Positions 53,791-63,998 of a stretch of DNA of 64,000 bases are shown here, piece after piece (position 1 is the first letter of the stretch; each line of letters begins with the position of its first letter). This DNA comes from Bacteroidales bacterium (GTDB lineage Bacteria > Bacteroidota > Bacteroidia > Bacteroidales > VadinHA17). Location of the stretch: contig WOYX01000038.1 in NCBI GenBank assembly GCA_011620595.1, positions 2,774 through 66,773 of the forward strand. Reading direction: 5' to 3'. The notes under the pieces are model-generated. The model had not been told where the DNA came from and searched no databases. It saw only the letters and a list, made by a program, of their open reading frames with translations. The translations under genes were made by a program, and so were the position numbers.

Positions 53791-56673
53791 CTATAACGTC
53801 TTCTTGACCTGCACGGTCTGGTATCCTTCGATGACATCTCCGACCTTGATGTCGTTGAAGCCTTCGATATTAAGTCCGCACTCATATCCTGCAGAGACCT
53901 CCCTGACGTCATCCTTGAAGCGTTTGAGTGAACCCAGTTCGCCGGTGTAGATGACAATACCGTCACGTATCACCCTCACCCTGGTATTCCGTGTCATCTT
54001 TCCGTCGCGGACGAAGCATCCGGCGATGGTGCCAACCTTACCTATCTTGAATACCTCGCGTACTTCAACGGTAGAGACGATCTCCTCCTTGATCTCGGGA
54101 GAGAGCATACCCTCCATGGCTGACCTGATCTCCTCGATGGCGTCATAGATGATTGAGTAAAGGCGTATGTCAATGCCCTCCTTCTCTGCCAGTTTCCTGG
54201 CGCTGAGCGAAGGCCTCACCTGGAAGCCCACAACTACGGCGTTGGAGGCGGCAGCCAGGAGGATATCGGATTCGGATATCTGACCTACGGCCTTGTGGAT
54301 GATGTTGACCTGTATCTCTTCCGTGGAGAGCTTGATCAGTGAGTCGCTCAGCGCCTCCACCGATCCGTCGACGTCACCCTTGACGATGATGTTGAGCTCC
54401 TGGAAGTTGCCGATGGCAATACGGCGGCCGATCTCATCGAGGGTAATGTGCTTCTGCGTACGCAGTCCCTGCTCACGCTGCAGCTGTGCCCTCTTGGTTG
54501 CGATATCCTTGGCCTCCTTGTCGGACTCCATCACATTGAACTTGTCGCCTGCCTGCGGGGCCCCGTTGAGTCCCAGGATAAGCACCGGCATTGAGGGTCC
54601 GGCCTCGCTGATCTTCTGGTTGCGCTCATTGTACATGGCCTTCACATGGCCGTAGTAGCTGCCTGCGATCACCACATCGCCCAGCCTGAGGGTGCCTGCC
54701 TTGACGAGTATGGTAGCCACGAAACCACGTCCCTTGTCGAGAGATGATTCAATCACCGTTCCGAGAGCCAGCTTATCAGGGTTGGCCTTCAGCTCAAGAA
54801 GCTCAGCCTGCAGCAGCACCTTCTCCAGGAGCAGATCTATGTTCACACCGTTCTTGGCTGAGATCTCCTGCGACTGATATTTGCCTCCCCACTCTTCAAC
54901 CAGGAAGTTCATGGCTGCAAGCTCTTCGCGTATTTTGTCAGGGTTGGCGGTGGGCTTGTCAATCTTGTTTATTGCGAATATTATCGGCACGCCGGCGGCA
55001 TGGGCATGGTTGATGGCCTCGCGCGTCTGCGGCATTACACCGTCATCGGCCGCGACAACGATGATTACAATATCAGTTATCTGTGCACCCCTGGCGCGCA
55101 TGGCGGTGAAAGCCTCGTGGCCGGGCGTATCAAGGAAGGTGATTATCTTACCGTCCTCGAGTGAGACGGTGTAGGCGCCTATATGCTGTGTAATACCGCC
55201 GGCCTCACCCGCGATGACGTTGGTGTTGCGTATGTGGTCAAGCAACTTGGTCTTACCGTGGTCAACGTGTCCCATGACGGTGACAATAGGCGGACGGGGC
55301 AGGAGGGTGGATTCATCATCTTGCTCTTCCCTGACGGCTTCCTGCAGCTCTGCGCTGACGAACTCCACGCTGAAGCCGAACTCTTCAGCAAGCATAGCCA
55401 TGGTCTCGGCATCGAGCCTCTGGTTGATCGATACGATGAGCCCCAGGCTCATGCATGTCGAAATGATTTCAACGACAGGCACATTCATCATGGTGGCAAG
55501 CTCATTCACGGAGACGAACTCGGTGACCTTGAGGGTGCTCTTTTCAAGTTCCTGCTTTTCGGTCTCATCCTTCATCCGCTGGCTGACGGCATCTCTCTTG
55601 TCACGGCGGTGCCGTGCCACCTTCGACTTGCTCTTGCTCATCAGCAGGTTGACATCCCTGATGTTCTTGTCAACATCGTCCCTGTCAACTTCGGGCCTGA
55701 GTGCGCGGAACGACTTCTTCTTATCGCCTCCGCGGTGATCCCTCTGCCCTGGCTTCTTGTCCTTCTTCTGTTCGGGCGCTGCCTGTCCGGGTGCAGCATC
55801 CAGGGCGACCTTCTCACGGCTCTTGGGCTTGATGCGCTCACGCTTCTTCTTGTCGTCGCGCTTCTGACGCCCTTCGGCTGACTGATCCTTGCTTCTCTTG
55901 ACCTCGGGCACTAGTTCAATCTTGTCTATGATCTTTATGCCCGACAGCTTCTCAAATCCCGGACGGTATATCTCTGTTTCCTTCGGCTCGGGTGGTCCGG
56001 CAACGACCGGTGTCTCCTCAGGAGCTTCCTCCCTGGCTGCCGGCTTCTCCTCTGCAGGTGCAGGGGCAGCCTTCTCTTCTTTCGTCTCGCTCTTTTTGGC
56101 AACACTCTTTTTCGGGCTCTTCTCTTTTTTGGGTGTCAGGGCCTCAAGATCTACCTTTCCGACCACCTTTGGCTTCCTTGCCTCAACAACAGGGGTCTGG
56201 GTTATGACAGGCTCATCAGTATCAGGGGAATCAATCTTTGCAGGGGCAGCCTCGGGCTCCCCGGGTTTGGCTTTGGCCGCGGGAGCAGCCTCTTCTCTGG
56301 GCCTGGGCTCAGGTTTGGAGATCTCAGTGAGAACATCCAGATGCTTCTTGTTGCCGGAGATATCCGTTATGAGGAACTCTTCGTCAGGCTCACCGGAGTC
56401 GCCGCTATGCCCTGCTTCAAGATCCTCAATCGAGAGAGACTTCTTCGGAGTTATCTTCTCCTTGAGAGCCAGTTTCTCGGCATCCTTCTTGACACTGAGG
56501 TCGCCACTGTATTCCTTGACTATCAGTGTATAAGCCTCAGGAGGAATCTTGCAGTTGGGGTCAGTGCTAATCTCGAATCCCTTTTTGTGAAGAAACTCGA
56601 CAATAGTCTGGATCCCAACATTGAATTCGCGGGCTGCCTTGCTTAAACGTATGGCTTTCTTCTCTTCTGTCAT
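53791..56673 (-). CDS. infB: Translation initiation factor IF-2
   Basis: 960 aa. K/E/P-rich N-terminal region, G domain [28 protein letters not shown]. Confidence 0.97.
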   Translation of the reverse strand: MTEEKKAIRLSKAAREFNVGIQTIVEFLHKKGFEISTDPNCKIPPEAYTLIVKEYSGDLSVKKDAEKLALKEKITPKKSLSIEDLEAGHSGDSGEPDEEFLITDISGNKKHLDVLTEISKPEPRPREEAAPAAKAKPGEPEAAPAKIDSPDTDEPVITQTPVVEARKPKVVGKVDLEALTPKKEKSPKKSVAKKSETKEEKAAPAPAEEKPAAREEAPEETPVVAGPPEPKETEIYRPGFEKLSGIKIIDKIELVPEVKRSKDQSAEGRQKRDDKKKRERIKPKSREKVALDAAPGQAAPEQKKDKKPGQRDHRGGDKKKSFRALRPEVDRDDVDKNIRDVNLLMSKSKSKVARHRRDKRDAVSQRMKDETEKQELEKSTLKVTEFVSVNELATMMNVPVVEIISTCMSLGLIVSINQRLDAETMAMLAEEFGFSVEFVSAELQEAVREEQDDESTLLPRPPIVTVMGHVDHGKTKLLDHIRNTNVIAGEAGGITQHIGAYTVSLEDGKIITFLDTPGHEAFTAMRARGAQITDIVIIVVAADDGVMPQTREAINHAHAAGVPIIFAINKIDKPTANPDKIREELAAMNFLVEEWGGKYQSQEISAKNGVNIDLLLEKVLLQAELLELKANPDKLALGTVIESSLDKGRGFVATILVKAGTLRLGDVVIAGSYYGHVKAMYNERNQKISEAGPSMPVLILGLNGAPQAGDKFNVMESDKEAKDIATKRAQLQREQGLRTQKHITLDEIGRRIAIGNFQELNIIVKGDVDGSVEALSDSLIKLSTEEIQVNIIHKAVGQISESDILLAAASNAVVVGFQVRPSLSARKLAEKEGIDIRLYSIIYDAIEEIRSAMEGMLSPEIKEEIVSTVEVREVFKIGKVGTIAGCFVRDGKMTRNTRVRVIRDGIVIYTGELGSLKRFKDDVREVSAGYECGLNIEGFNDIKVGDVIEGYQTVQVKKTL

Positions 56674-56733
56674 ATATCTTAACGAAATCCTCTGATTTAA
56701 TATATCGTTGCTTCTCCGGGGGGAAGCTGGTTG

Positions 56734-57975
56734 TTACTTTTCAAATTCCGATCTCAGGATATTGACCACTTCCTTTATAGTCTCCTCTTCGAGGTCGGTA
56801 CGCTTGACCAGGTCATGCACCGTCAGCCGCAGCACACTGCGTGCGGTGTCGCAACCGATCGCCTTCAGCTCATCAATGATCCATCCTTCGATCTCATCGG
56901 CGAATTCATCAAGCGAGACATCCTCCTCATCCTCATTGTCAGGCTCGCGGTAGACCTCTATGTCATACCCGGTAAGCTGCCCGGCAAGCTTGATGTTCAG
57001 ACCACCCTTGCCGATTGCCAGCGAGACCTCGCTGGGCTTGAGATAAATCTCTGCCTTCTTGTCAGCCTCAAAAAGCTTAATGGAGGTGATCTTTGCGGGG
57101 TTGAGGGCCCTGGTGATGAAGAGCTGGATGTTTGAAGTATAATTGATGACGTCGATGTTCTCGTTGCGCAGCTCACGGACGATGCCGTGGATGCGTGATC
57201 CCTTCATGCCCACGCAGGCACCGACGGGGTCAATGCGCTCGTCGTACGACTCCACGGCCACCTTGGCTCTCTCACCGGGTACCCTGACGATCTTGCGTAT
57301 GGTGATCAGCCCGTCGAATATCTCAGGCACCTCGAGCTCAAACAGCCTCTCCAGAAATACCGGAGAGGTACGGCTGAGGATGATGTTGGGAGTGTTGTTC
57401 TTCATCTCTACCCTGATGACCACGGCACGGATGGTGTCTCCCTTGCGGAAATGATCCGACGGGATCTGCTCACCCTTGGGAAGTATCAGCTCATTGCCGT
57501 CGTCGTCAAGCACCAGCGTCTCACGCTTCCACACCTGGTACACCTCACCGGTGACGATATCCCCGATGCGGTCCTTGTACTTGAGGTAGATGTTGTTCTT
57601 TTCCAGATCGAGTATGCGCGACACGAGGTTCTGCCTCAGCGCCAGGATGGCCCTGCGGCCGAAGTCGAGAAACTTCACCTCATCCGAAACCTCTTCTCCT
57701 ACCTCATAATCTTCATCTATCTTGTGTGCCTCGGAGAGGGGTATCTGCGTGTTGGGATCAGTAAACTCCTCGTCATCAACCACCTCCCGGTTACGCCATA
57801 TCTCAAAGTCCCCCTTGTCAATGTTGACGATGATGTCAAAATTATCGGCCGAGCCATATTTCTTGGCGAGCATACCCCTGAATACATCCTCCAGCACACT
57901 CATCATGGTAGGCCTGTCGATATTCTTCAGCTCCTTGAACTCTGAAAAAGTATCTATAAGATTAACGTTTTCCAT
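56734..57975 (-). CDS. nusA: Transcription termination/antitermination factor NusA
   Basis: 413 aa. N-terminal domain, S1 (GDIVTGEVYQ), two KH domains (GACVGMKGSRIHGIVREL; AIGKGGLNIKLA). Sits upstream of infB. Confidence 0.95.
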   Translation of the reverse strand: MENVNLIDTFSEFKELKNIDRPTMMSVLEDVFRGMLAKKYGSADNFDIIVNIDKGDFEIWRNREVVDDEEFTDPNTQIPLSEAHKIDEDYEVGEEVSDEVKFLDFGRRAILALRQNLVSRILDLEKNNIYLKYKDRIGDIVTGEVYQVWKRETLVLDDDGNELILPKGEQIPSDHFRKGDTIRAVVIRVEMKNNTPNIILSRTSPVFLERLFELEVPEIFDGLITIRKIVRVPGERAKVAVESYDERIDPVGACVGMKGSRIHGIVRELRNENIDVINYTSNIQLFITRALNPAKITSIKLFEADKKAEIYLKPSEVSLAIGKGGLNIKLAGQLTGYDIEVYREPDNEDEEDVSLDEFADEIEGWIIDELKAIGCDTARSVLRLTVHDLVKRTDLEEETIKEVVNILRSEFEK

Positions 57976-57992
57976 TTTGACAATCTGTTCTG

Positions 57993-58445
57993 TTATTTAA
58001 ATGATATTATTACTTTAACTGTCTTTAAATCTTCATAATTGAACGACCTGACCACGGTTTCAGTCTCTCCCTTACTGATCTTTTTCTCGCTGCTGAGTTC
58101 AAAGCCACCCCGGGTGACGTTCATGAGGGTGCCCTTCAATGCTTCGCCTGCAGCGGTAACCACCTCTACCATCCTTCCCTCATTCTTCAGGTATTGCTCA
58201 TAAACCAGGAACGGCATGTCAAGACCCGGTGAAGAAACATTCAGATCATAATCACCTATCTCTTCGCCCACCTCAGTGCTGACTGCCTTGCTCAGCGATG
58301 CACAGTCGTCAATGGTCACACCCTCGGGCCTGTCAATCAGGACAGTTATCCGTCCGGTGCTGCTCAGCCTCACGTCGACGAGGAAGATACCGGTTCCCTT
58401 TATGTGGCTTTCGGCAACTCTTCTTATCTGCTCTTTTGTGACCAT
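57993..58445 (-). CDS. rimP: Ribosome maturation factor RimP
   Basis: 150 aa. Position ahead of nusA. GIFLVDV...ITVLIDRPEGVTIDDCASLSKAV pattern. Confidence 0.85.
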   Translation of the reverse strand: MVTKEQIRRVAESHIKGTGIFLVDVRLSSTGRITVLIDRPEGVTIDDCASLSKAVSTEVGEEIGDYDLNVSSPGLDMPFLVYEQYLKNEGRMVEVVTAAGEALKGTLMNVTRGGFELSSEKKISKGETETVVRSFNYEDLKTVKVIISFK

Positions 58446-58459
58446 AGTATTTCTTTTGA

Positions 58460-58487
58460 TAACAAAATAGGGGACTTTTGTCCCCTA
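58460..58487 (-). terminator. Terminator-like hairpin inside the rimP-nusA-infB leader
   Basis: Minus strand reads UAGGGGAC-AAAA-GUCCCCUA followed by UUUUGUUAUC. The U-tract ends about 14 nt upstream of the rimP ATG (58445). Confidence 0.5.
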
Positions 58488-58514
58488 GGCCATTCATACC
58501 CTTCTGTTCGGGTG

Positions 58515-58546
58515 CAAAGATAATATCATTTTTTCAATTGACAATG
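58515..58546 (-). promoter_or_regulatory. Candidate promoter of the rimP-nusA-infB operon
   Basis: Minus strand reads TTG-N19-TATCTTTG. The -7 box is at 58522-58515. Confidence 0.45.
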
Positions 58547-58624
58547 GACCGGAGAGATGAAAAATGATTGACTGCCTTGTATCTGAAGCTTTTCTGACAT
58601 GATTTTGGTAATTATTCCATAAAT

Positions 58625-59878
58625 TTGCATGCATCAAATCTGCGACTTTTGACCAACTGGAGAAAGATCATCAATGACCCGGTGTACGGATTTATCAGTA
58701 TGCCGAGTGATCTTGTCTTTGACCTGGTGAGCCATCCGTGGTTTCAGCGGCTCAGGAACATAAGGCAGCTGGGGCTGACAAGCTATGTTTACCCGGGAGC
58801 TGTTCACAGTCGTTTTCAGCACAGTCTGGGGGCGATGTACCTGACAGGACTGGCGGTTCAGACACTGAGGTCGAAGGGGGTGGAGATATCGCCCGCCGAG
58901 GAGGAGGCGGTGCTGGTGGCAATACTGTTGCATGACATCGGCCACGGTCCCTTCTCGCATGCGCTGGAACACTCGCTCATTACCGACGTGCCTCATGAGC
59001 AGATGTCGCTGCTGATCATGGATGAGCTTAACAGCCAGTCGGGAGGCAGGCTTACAGACGCCATCTCGGTTTTCCGGGGCAGATACCCTCGGCAGTTTTT
59101 GCATGACCTGCTGAGCGGGCAGATGGATATGGACAGGATGGATTATCTGCGGCGCGACAGCTTTTTCACCGGAGTGATAGAGGGGTCTGTGGGCTCTGAC
59201 AGGATCATCAGGATGCTCAATGTGTCAGATGACAGGCTGGTGGTGGATGAGAAGGGGATCTACTCGGTAGAGAAATTCTTGATTGCCAGGCGTATGATGT
59301 ACTGGCAGGTTTACAACCACCGTACCGTTGTCTCAGCCGAGAGGCTGATCACCAGCCTGCTGGTCAGAGCCCGCGAGCTGACGGCTGCCGGTGCCGATCT
59401 CTTTGCCACGCCGGCATTGAAATACTTTTTGCAGCATCGGGATCTGGCCGGCACCGGCGATGACAGTGAACTACTGGTGAAGCATTTCACCATGCTCGAC
59501 GAGAGCGATATCATCTCGGCAACAAAGGTGTGGATGGAGTGCGGCGACAGGGTGCTGGCCGACCTCTGCAGACGTTTTGTCTACCGCGATCTGCTGGGGA
59601 TAGAACTGCAGAGGAAACCCTTTGACAGCCACAGGGTGGAGGAGATGAGTGCACGGGCACAGGAGAAGCTGGGGCTGCAGAACGACGAGGTGCGGTTTTA
59701 TGTAAACACGGGCGACGTCTACAACCAGACCTACGCCCCGGGCACACCTGAGGTCCGGATTTTGCTGAAGAACGGAACCACCAGGGACATTACCGCAGTT
59801 TCCGACCTGTTTGACAGGGAGACGCTGTCAGAAAAAGTAACAAAGTATTACCTCTGCTATCCTAAAGAGATATTGTAA
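58625..59878 (+). CDS. HD-domain phosphohydrolase (dGTPase-like)
   Basis: RFQHSLGAMYL...LLHDIGHGPFSH...DMDRMDYLRRDS. Start uncertain: TTG at 58625 overlaps a TAAATTTG -7-like box (58620-58627), and an alternative TTG lies at 58649. Confidence 0.85.
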   Translation: MHASNLRLLTNWRKIINDPVYGFISMPSDLVFDLVSHPWFQRLRNIRQLGLTSYVYPGAVHSRFQHSLGAMYLTGLAVQTLRSKGVEISPAEEEAVLVAILLHDIGHGPFSHALEHSLITDVPHEQMSLLIMDELNSQSGGRLTDAISVFRGRYPRQFLHDLLSGQMDMDRMDYLRRDSFFTGVIEGSVGSDRIIRMLNVSDDRLVVDEKGIYSVEKFLIARRMMYWQVYNHRTVVSAERLITSLLVRARELTAAGADLFATPALKYFLQHRDLAGTGDDSELLVKHFTMLDESDIISATKVWMECGDRVLADLCRRFVYRDLLGIELQRKPFDSHRVEEMSARAQEKLGLQNDEVRFYVNTGDVYNQTYAPGTPEVRILLKNGTTRDITAVSDLFDRETLSEKVTKYYLCYPKEIL

Positions 59879-59898
59879 GATTAAAAACAGAGAAAACA

Positions 59899-60936
59899 AT
59901 GGAATATACAGCTGAGATGATAGCCCGGTTGCTGAACGGGACGGTTGAAGGGGATCCCGGAACGAAGGTGAATACGATAGCCAAGATTGAGGAGGGGAAA
60001 CCCGGAGCCCTCTCCTTCCTTTCCAACCTGAAATATGAACAGTATATATACACTACCGGCTCGTCGGTAGTGCTGGTGCGGAACGAATTCAGGCCTGCCA
60101 GGGAGGTCAGGGCCACCCTCATCAGGGTGGATGACCCGTACCAGTCGGTGGCCCGGCTACTGCAGATCTATGAGGCAGCGCGACCGGCACCAAAGGGGAT
60201 ACATCCTGCTGCAGTCATAGACGAGACGGCCTCGGTAGGGGAGGATGTCTACCTGGGGGCCTACGTCGTGGTCTCGGCAAATGCGGTGATAGGAAGCGGC
60301 AGCAGCATCTATCCCCACACCTATGTCGGGGATGGCGTAAAAGTGGGGAAGAACTGCACCCTGCATGCGGGGGTCAAGGTGTACAGCGACTGTGTAATAG
60401 GCGACAACTGCATTCTTCATGCCGGGGCAGTCATAGGTGCTGACGGTTTTGGGTTTGCACCCGTGGCTGACAGTAATTTCATGAAGATACCGCAGATAGG
60501 TAACGTGGTGATTGAAGATAACGTTGAAATAGGTGCCAATACATGCATTGACAGGGCCACGATGGGCTCCACCGTGATTCAGTGCGGCGTGAAGCTTGAC
60601 AACCTCGTGCAGGTTGGCCATAATGTGGTGATCGGAGAGAATACGGTTATTGCCGCACAGTCGGGCATTGCCGGTTCAACAAAGATAGGGAGGAACTGCA
60701 TGATAGGAGGACAGGTGGGCTTTGCCGGCCACCTGAGCATCGCTGACGGATGCAAGATAGGCGCCCAGTCGGGCATCATGAGCACCGTCAGCCAGGAGAA
60801 CGCTGTCATGCTGGGTTATCCTGCCATTGACAGCAAGCAGTTCCTGAAGAGTTTTGTCTACTTCAGGAAATTGCCCGACATGAGCAGCAAACTGGACGCC
60901 CTTGCAAAATCAGTGGGATCATTAAAAGACAGATAA
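59899..60936 (+). CDS. lpxD: UDP-3-O-acylglucosamine N-acyltransferase
   Basis: 345 aa. Left-handed beta-helix hexapeptide repeats, G(A)DGFGFA motif, position before lpxC/fabZ. Confidence 0.92.
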   Translation: MEYTAEMIARLLNGTVEGDPGTKVNTIAKIEEGKPGALSFLSNLKYEQYIYTTGSSVVLVRNEFRPAREVRATLIRVDDPYQSVARLLQIYEAARPAPKGIHPAAVIDETASVGEDVYLGAYVVVSANAVIGSGSSIYPHTYVGDGVKVGKNCTLHAGVKVYSDCVIGDNCILHAGAVIGADGFGFAPVADSNFMKIPQIGNVVIEDNVEIGANTCIDRATMGSTVIQCGVKLDNLVQVGHNVVIGENTVIAAQSGIAGSTKIGRNCMIGGQVGFAGHLSIADGCKIGAQSGIMSTVSQENAVMLGYPAIDSKQFLKSFVYFRKLPDMSSKLDALAKSVGSLKDR

Positions 60937-61049
60937 TTCCGTTTTGACAGTCTAAAGGAAATTATTTGAACATCACAGAGATGTGAGGGTTTCTGTTGTG
61001 TCATTCGGAAAATTTTATTTTTCTTTGCAGGACTTTAACCCTATCAGAA

Positions 61050-62447
61050 ATGAGCCAAAAGCAAACGACGCTGGCTAAGGAGGTGAGCCTCAAAGGCAAA
61101 GGACTCCATTCCGGCATAGACGTCACTGTTACATTCAAGCCCGCACCTGCAAACCACGGATATAAGTTCTGCCGCACTGACCTGCCGGGCTCCCCGGTGA
61201 TTGATGCCGTTGCTGACCATGTGACAGAGACATCAAGAGGCACTACGCTGGTGCAGGGTGAGGCCTCCGTGGCCACAATAGAGCATGTGCTTGCAGCTTT
61301 TTACGGCATGCGTGTTGACAACGCCCTGATTGATATAGACGGTCCCGAGGCTCCCATAATGGGCGGCAGTGCCAGGATGTTCGTTGAGGCCATCAAGAAG
61401 GCTGGTATAAAAGTGCTTGACGAGGAGCGCAACTATTATGTCATTAAGGAGAAGATTGCCTTTTCGGACGAGGAGCATGGTGTTGACCTGATCATCTATC
61501 CCGATGACCATTTCAGTGCTCACGTGCTGATTGACTACAACTCAAAGATACTCGGGAACCAGTATGCCATCCTTAATCATATTGACGACTTTGAAAACGA
61601 AATAGCCGGCAGCCGGACATTTGTTTTTTTCCATGAGCTGGAGCCGCTGTTCAGGATGGGCCTGATAAAGGGCGGCGACATGGAGAATGCGGTGGTGATA
61701 CTTGAGCGCGAGGTGGAGCAGGAGGAGATAGACCGCATAGCGAAGATGTTCAACAAGCCTGGTATTACCGAGCATCATGCCGGCGTTCTGAACAATACCA
61801 AGCTGAGGTATCCCAATGAACCTGCCAGGCACAAGCTGCTCGACCTGATGGGCGATCTTGCGCTGGTGGGTCAGCCTCTCAAGGGTAAGGTGGTGGCCAC
61901 ACGGCCGGGTCATTATTCGAACACCAGGCTTGCCAGGCTGGTACGGCAGCAGATCAAGAGGCAGATGACCAAGAAGGAGATACCTCTTCTTGATACCACC
62001 AAGCCGGCGGTGATGGATATACAGCAGATAAAAAAGCTTCTGCCGCACCGCTTCCCCTTCCTGATGGTTGACCGCATCCTGGAGCTGACTGACAGCCATA
62101 TCATTGGCATCAAGAACACTACCTACAACGAAGCTTTTTTTCAGGGTCACTTTGAGCAGGAGCATGTCTTTCCCGGTGTGCTGCTGGTGGAGACCATGGC
62201 GCAGGTGGGAGGGATACTGGTTCTCAGTAACGTCGATGAGCCTGAGAAGTATTCGACATACTTCCTCAAGATAGACAGGATGAAGTTCAAGCATAAGGTA
62301 ATACCGGGCGACACGATTGTTGTAAGGAGCGATCTTATAGAACCCATACGGCGCAACATCGTGATCATGTACTCGCAGGCATTCGTGGGGGAGAAGCTCG
62401 TTGCCGAGGGAGAGATGACGGCACAGGTTATCAGGAACAAACAGTAA
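61050..62447 (+). CDS. lpxC-fabZ: Bifunctional UDP-3-O-acyl-GlcNAc deacetylase / 3-hydroxyacyl-ACP dehydratase
   Basis: Start set at ATG 61050 (MSQKQTTL). LpxC motifs (TIEHVLAA, HKLLDLMGDL). C-terminal FabZ hot-dog (LPHRFPFLMVDRI, FFQGHF, PGVLLVE). Confidence 0.93.
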   Translation: MSQKQTTLAKEVSLKGKGLHSGIDVTVTFKPAPANHGYKFCRTDLPGSPVIDAVADHVTETSRGTTLVQGEASVATIEHVLAAFYGMRVDNALIDIDGPEAPIMGGSARMFVEAIKKAGIKVLDEERNYYVIKEKIAFSDEEHGVDLIIYPDDHFSAHVLIDYNSKILGNQYAILNHIDDFENEIAGSRTFVFFHELEPLFRMGLIKGGDMENAVVILEREVEQEEIDRIAKMFNKPGITEHHAGVLNNTKLRYPNEPARHKLLDLMGDLALVGQPLKGKVVATRPGHYSNTRLARLVRQQIKRQMTKKEIPLLDTTKPAVMDIQQIKKLLPHRFPFLMVDRILELTDSHIIGIKNTTYNEAFFQGHFEQEHVFPGVLLVETMAQVGGILVLSNVDEPEKYSTYFLKIDRMKFKHKVIPGDTIVVRSDLIEPIRRNIVIMYSQAFVGEKLVAEGEMTAQVIRNKQ

Positions 62448-62450
62448 TAT

Positions 62451-63224
62451 ATGATTTCCGCCTTAGCATTTATTGATCCGAAGGCTCAGATTGGCACTGG
62501 TGTGACCTTAGAGCCATTTGCCGTAATTCACGGTGATGTGGTTATAGGTGACGGCACCTGGATAGGATCGGGTGCGGTGATCTATGACGGTGCCAGGATA
62601 GGCAGGAACTGCCGCATCTTCAACGGAGCATCCATCTCGGCTATACCGCAGGATCTTAAGTTCAGCGGGGAGGAGACCGTACTTGAAATTGGTGACAACA
62701 CCACTGTCAGGGAGTTCGCGACGCTGAACAGGGGTACGCGCGCCAGGGGCAGGACCACCATCGGTAAAAACTGCCTGCTGATGGCTTATGTGCATGTGGC
62801 TCATGACTGCCAGCTGGGTGACAATGTGATAATGGTTGCACAATCAGGGATTGCGGGTGAGGTTGAGCTTGGCGACTGGGTGACGCTGGGAGGAGGGGCG
62901 ATGGTTCACCAGTTCGTCCGCATTGGTGCCCACTCCATTATCGGCGGCGGAGCGAAGGTACGCATGGATGTGCCTCCCTACATCAAGGCGGACAGGGATC
63001 CGCTGGCGTTTATGGGTTTGAACATCGTGGGTCTGGAGAGGCGCGGATTCATGAAGGAGAAGATACACGAGCTGCATGAGATATACAGGGCTTATTACAA
63101 CATGGGGATGAACGGAGGCAAGGCCCTGGATTATATAGCCGACAATTTCGAAGCCACCTCCGAACGCAACAATATCATAGAGTTTATCAAAGGGTCAGCA
63201 AGGGGAGTTATCAGGGGACGGTAG
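62451..63224 (+). CDS. lpxA: Acyl-ACP-UDP-GlcNAc O-acyltransferase
   Basis: 257 aa. Hexapeptide repeats, HVAHDCQLGDNV, C-terminal helical domain. Confidence 0.93.
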   Translation: MISALAFIDPKAQIGTGVTLEPFAVIHGDVVIGDGTWIGSGAVIYDGARIGRNCRIFNGASISAIPQDLKFSGEETVLEIGDNTTVREFATLNRGTRARGRTTIGKNCLLMAYVHVAHDCQLGDNVIMVAQSGIAGEVELGDWVTLGGGAMVHQFVRIGAHSIIGGGAKVRMDVPPYIKADRDPLAFMGLNIVGLERRGFMKEKIHELHEIYRAYYNMGMNGGKALDYIADNFEATSERNNIIEFIKGSARGVIRGR

Positions 63225-63370
63225 ACTGCTCTTTTCCGCAAGCTCCCGGAAGAATTATGCTGTGACGGGTTCCTGCCTGCAGATGTTTTTTTCTTATCGG
63301 GTGGCGGAGCAATGTTCCTGTGGCGGTTACCGGAAAAAAAATCGCAGCAGCAGCGACCTGTATAAAACAC

Positions 63371-63961
63371 GAATGGGAACCATACTTACGTAGTAGTTCC
63401 CATTCCGGCGAATGACAGCCATGACCGTCATTGCCGCCATGCTACCGTTATTGCAGTCGGTTCATCTCTCTTACTCCTCCCTTTCCGAAGCCTGTCGGTA
63501 TCTGCCGGATGGCAGACTGCTGACTTTGTTCCGGTGTCCTTTCTGCTCTCTTTCAATACCTTGCGGTTTTGTCTGTCGGCTTACCGGGACGCGGAGCTAT
63601 GAACCCTTGAAGCATGACACTCCCCGAAGGGAAAGCTGCTGTCATGCCCGGGTCATCTCCATCCTATCCTCGCCGGTTTGGCTGGCCTGATGACCCTCTC
63701 TCTGAACGGACACATTTGCTGCACTATCAGCTTTGGCATTGCATCTGTGTTGCTCTCTTCGCCCGGGTGTTATCCCGTTTGAAAATTGCTCCGTCAGACC
63801 GCCAGGATGGGGAAGGCTTCCAAGCCTGCATCCGTGACGGACGCTTTGAGACCGTAGTCTCTCTGCGTGAGACTCTGAAGTCTGATGTTAATTCAGAGTG
63901 ATAATTAAACCATTCGAAAGAACCTTCTTACCTCAGAGCGACTCTTTATCGCTCACATGGT
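63371..63961 (-). ncRNA. Candidate ~590-nt structured non-coding RNA of unknown family
   Basis: No minus-strand ORF >=60 aa in the 630 nt from 63371 to the window end, and only two implausible + strand ORFs. Consensus promoter at 63998-63967 (minus). Oriented terminator hairpin at 63371-63405 followed by GUGUUUUAUA. At least eight stable helices, including a UUCG-closed hairpin (63612-63647) and a UACG-closed one (63848-63861). Confidence 0.45.
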
Positions 63962-63966
63962 ATCTA

Positions 63967-63998
63967 CAAATATAACAGGTAAAAGGTACCGTGTCAAA
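63967..63998 (-). promoter_or_regulatory. Consensus Bacteroidota sigma-A promoter (TTTG-N20-TATATTTG) driving the candidate ncRNA
   Basis: Minus strand: TTTG at 63998-63995, a 20-nt spacer, TATATTTG at 63974-63967. The only ATG just downstream is followed immediately by TGA. Confidence 0.55.

Noticed and set aside
63412-63901. Plus-strand ORFs 63412-63690 and 63614-63901 downstream of lpxA.
   Set aside because: They overlap each other and have Cys/Ser/Leu/Pro-rich random-looking sequence with no motif. The region is better explained as non-coding (candidate ncRNA on the opposite strand).
63371-63961. Whether the candidate ncRNA is RNase P RNA or tmRNA.
   Set aside because: The universal RNase P strings (GGAAAGUCCGG, ACAGAACCCGGCUUA) are absent on both strands. 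There is no tmRNA-like GGGG 5' end, tag ORF, or T-arm plus CCA 3' end. At ~590 nt it is also too long for either, so it is left as an unknown family.
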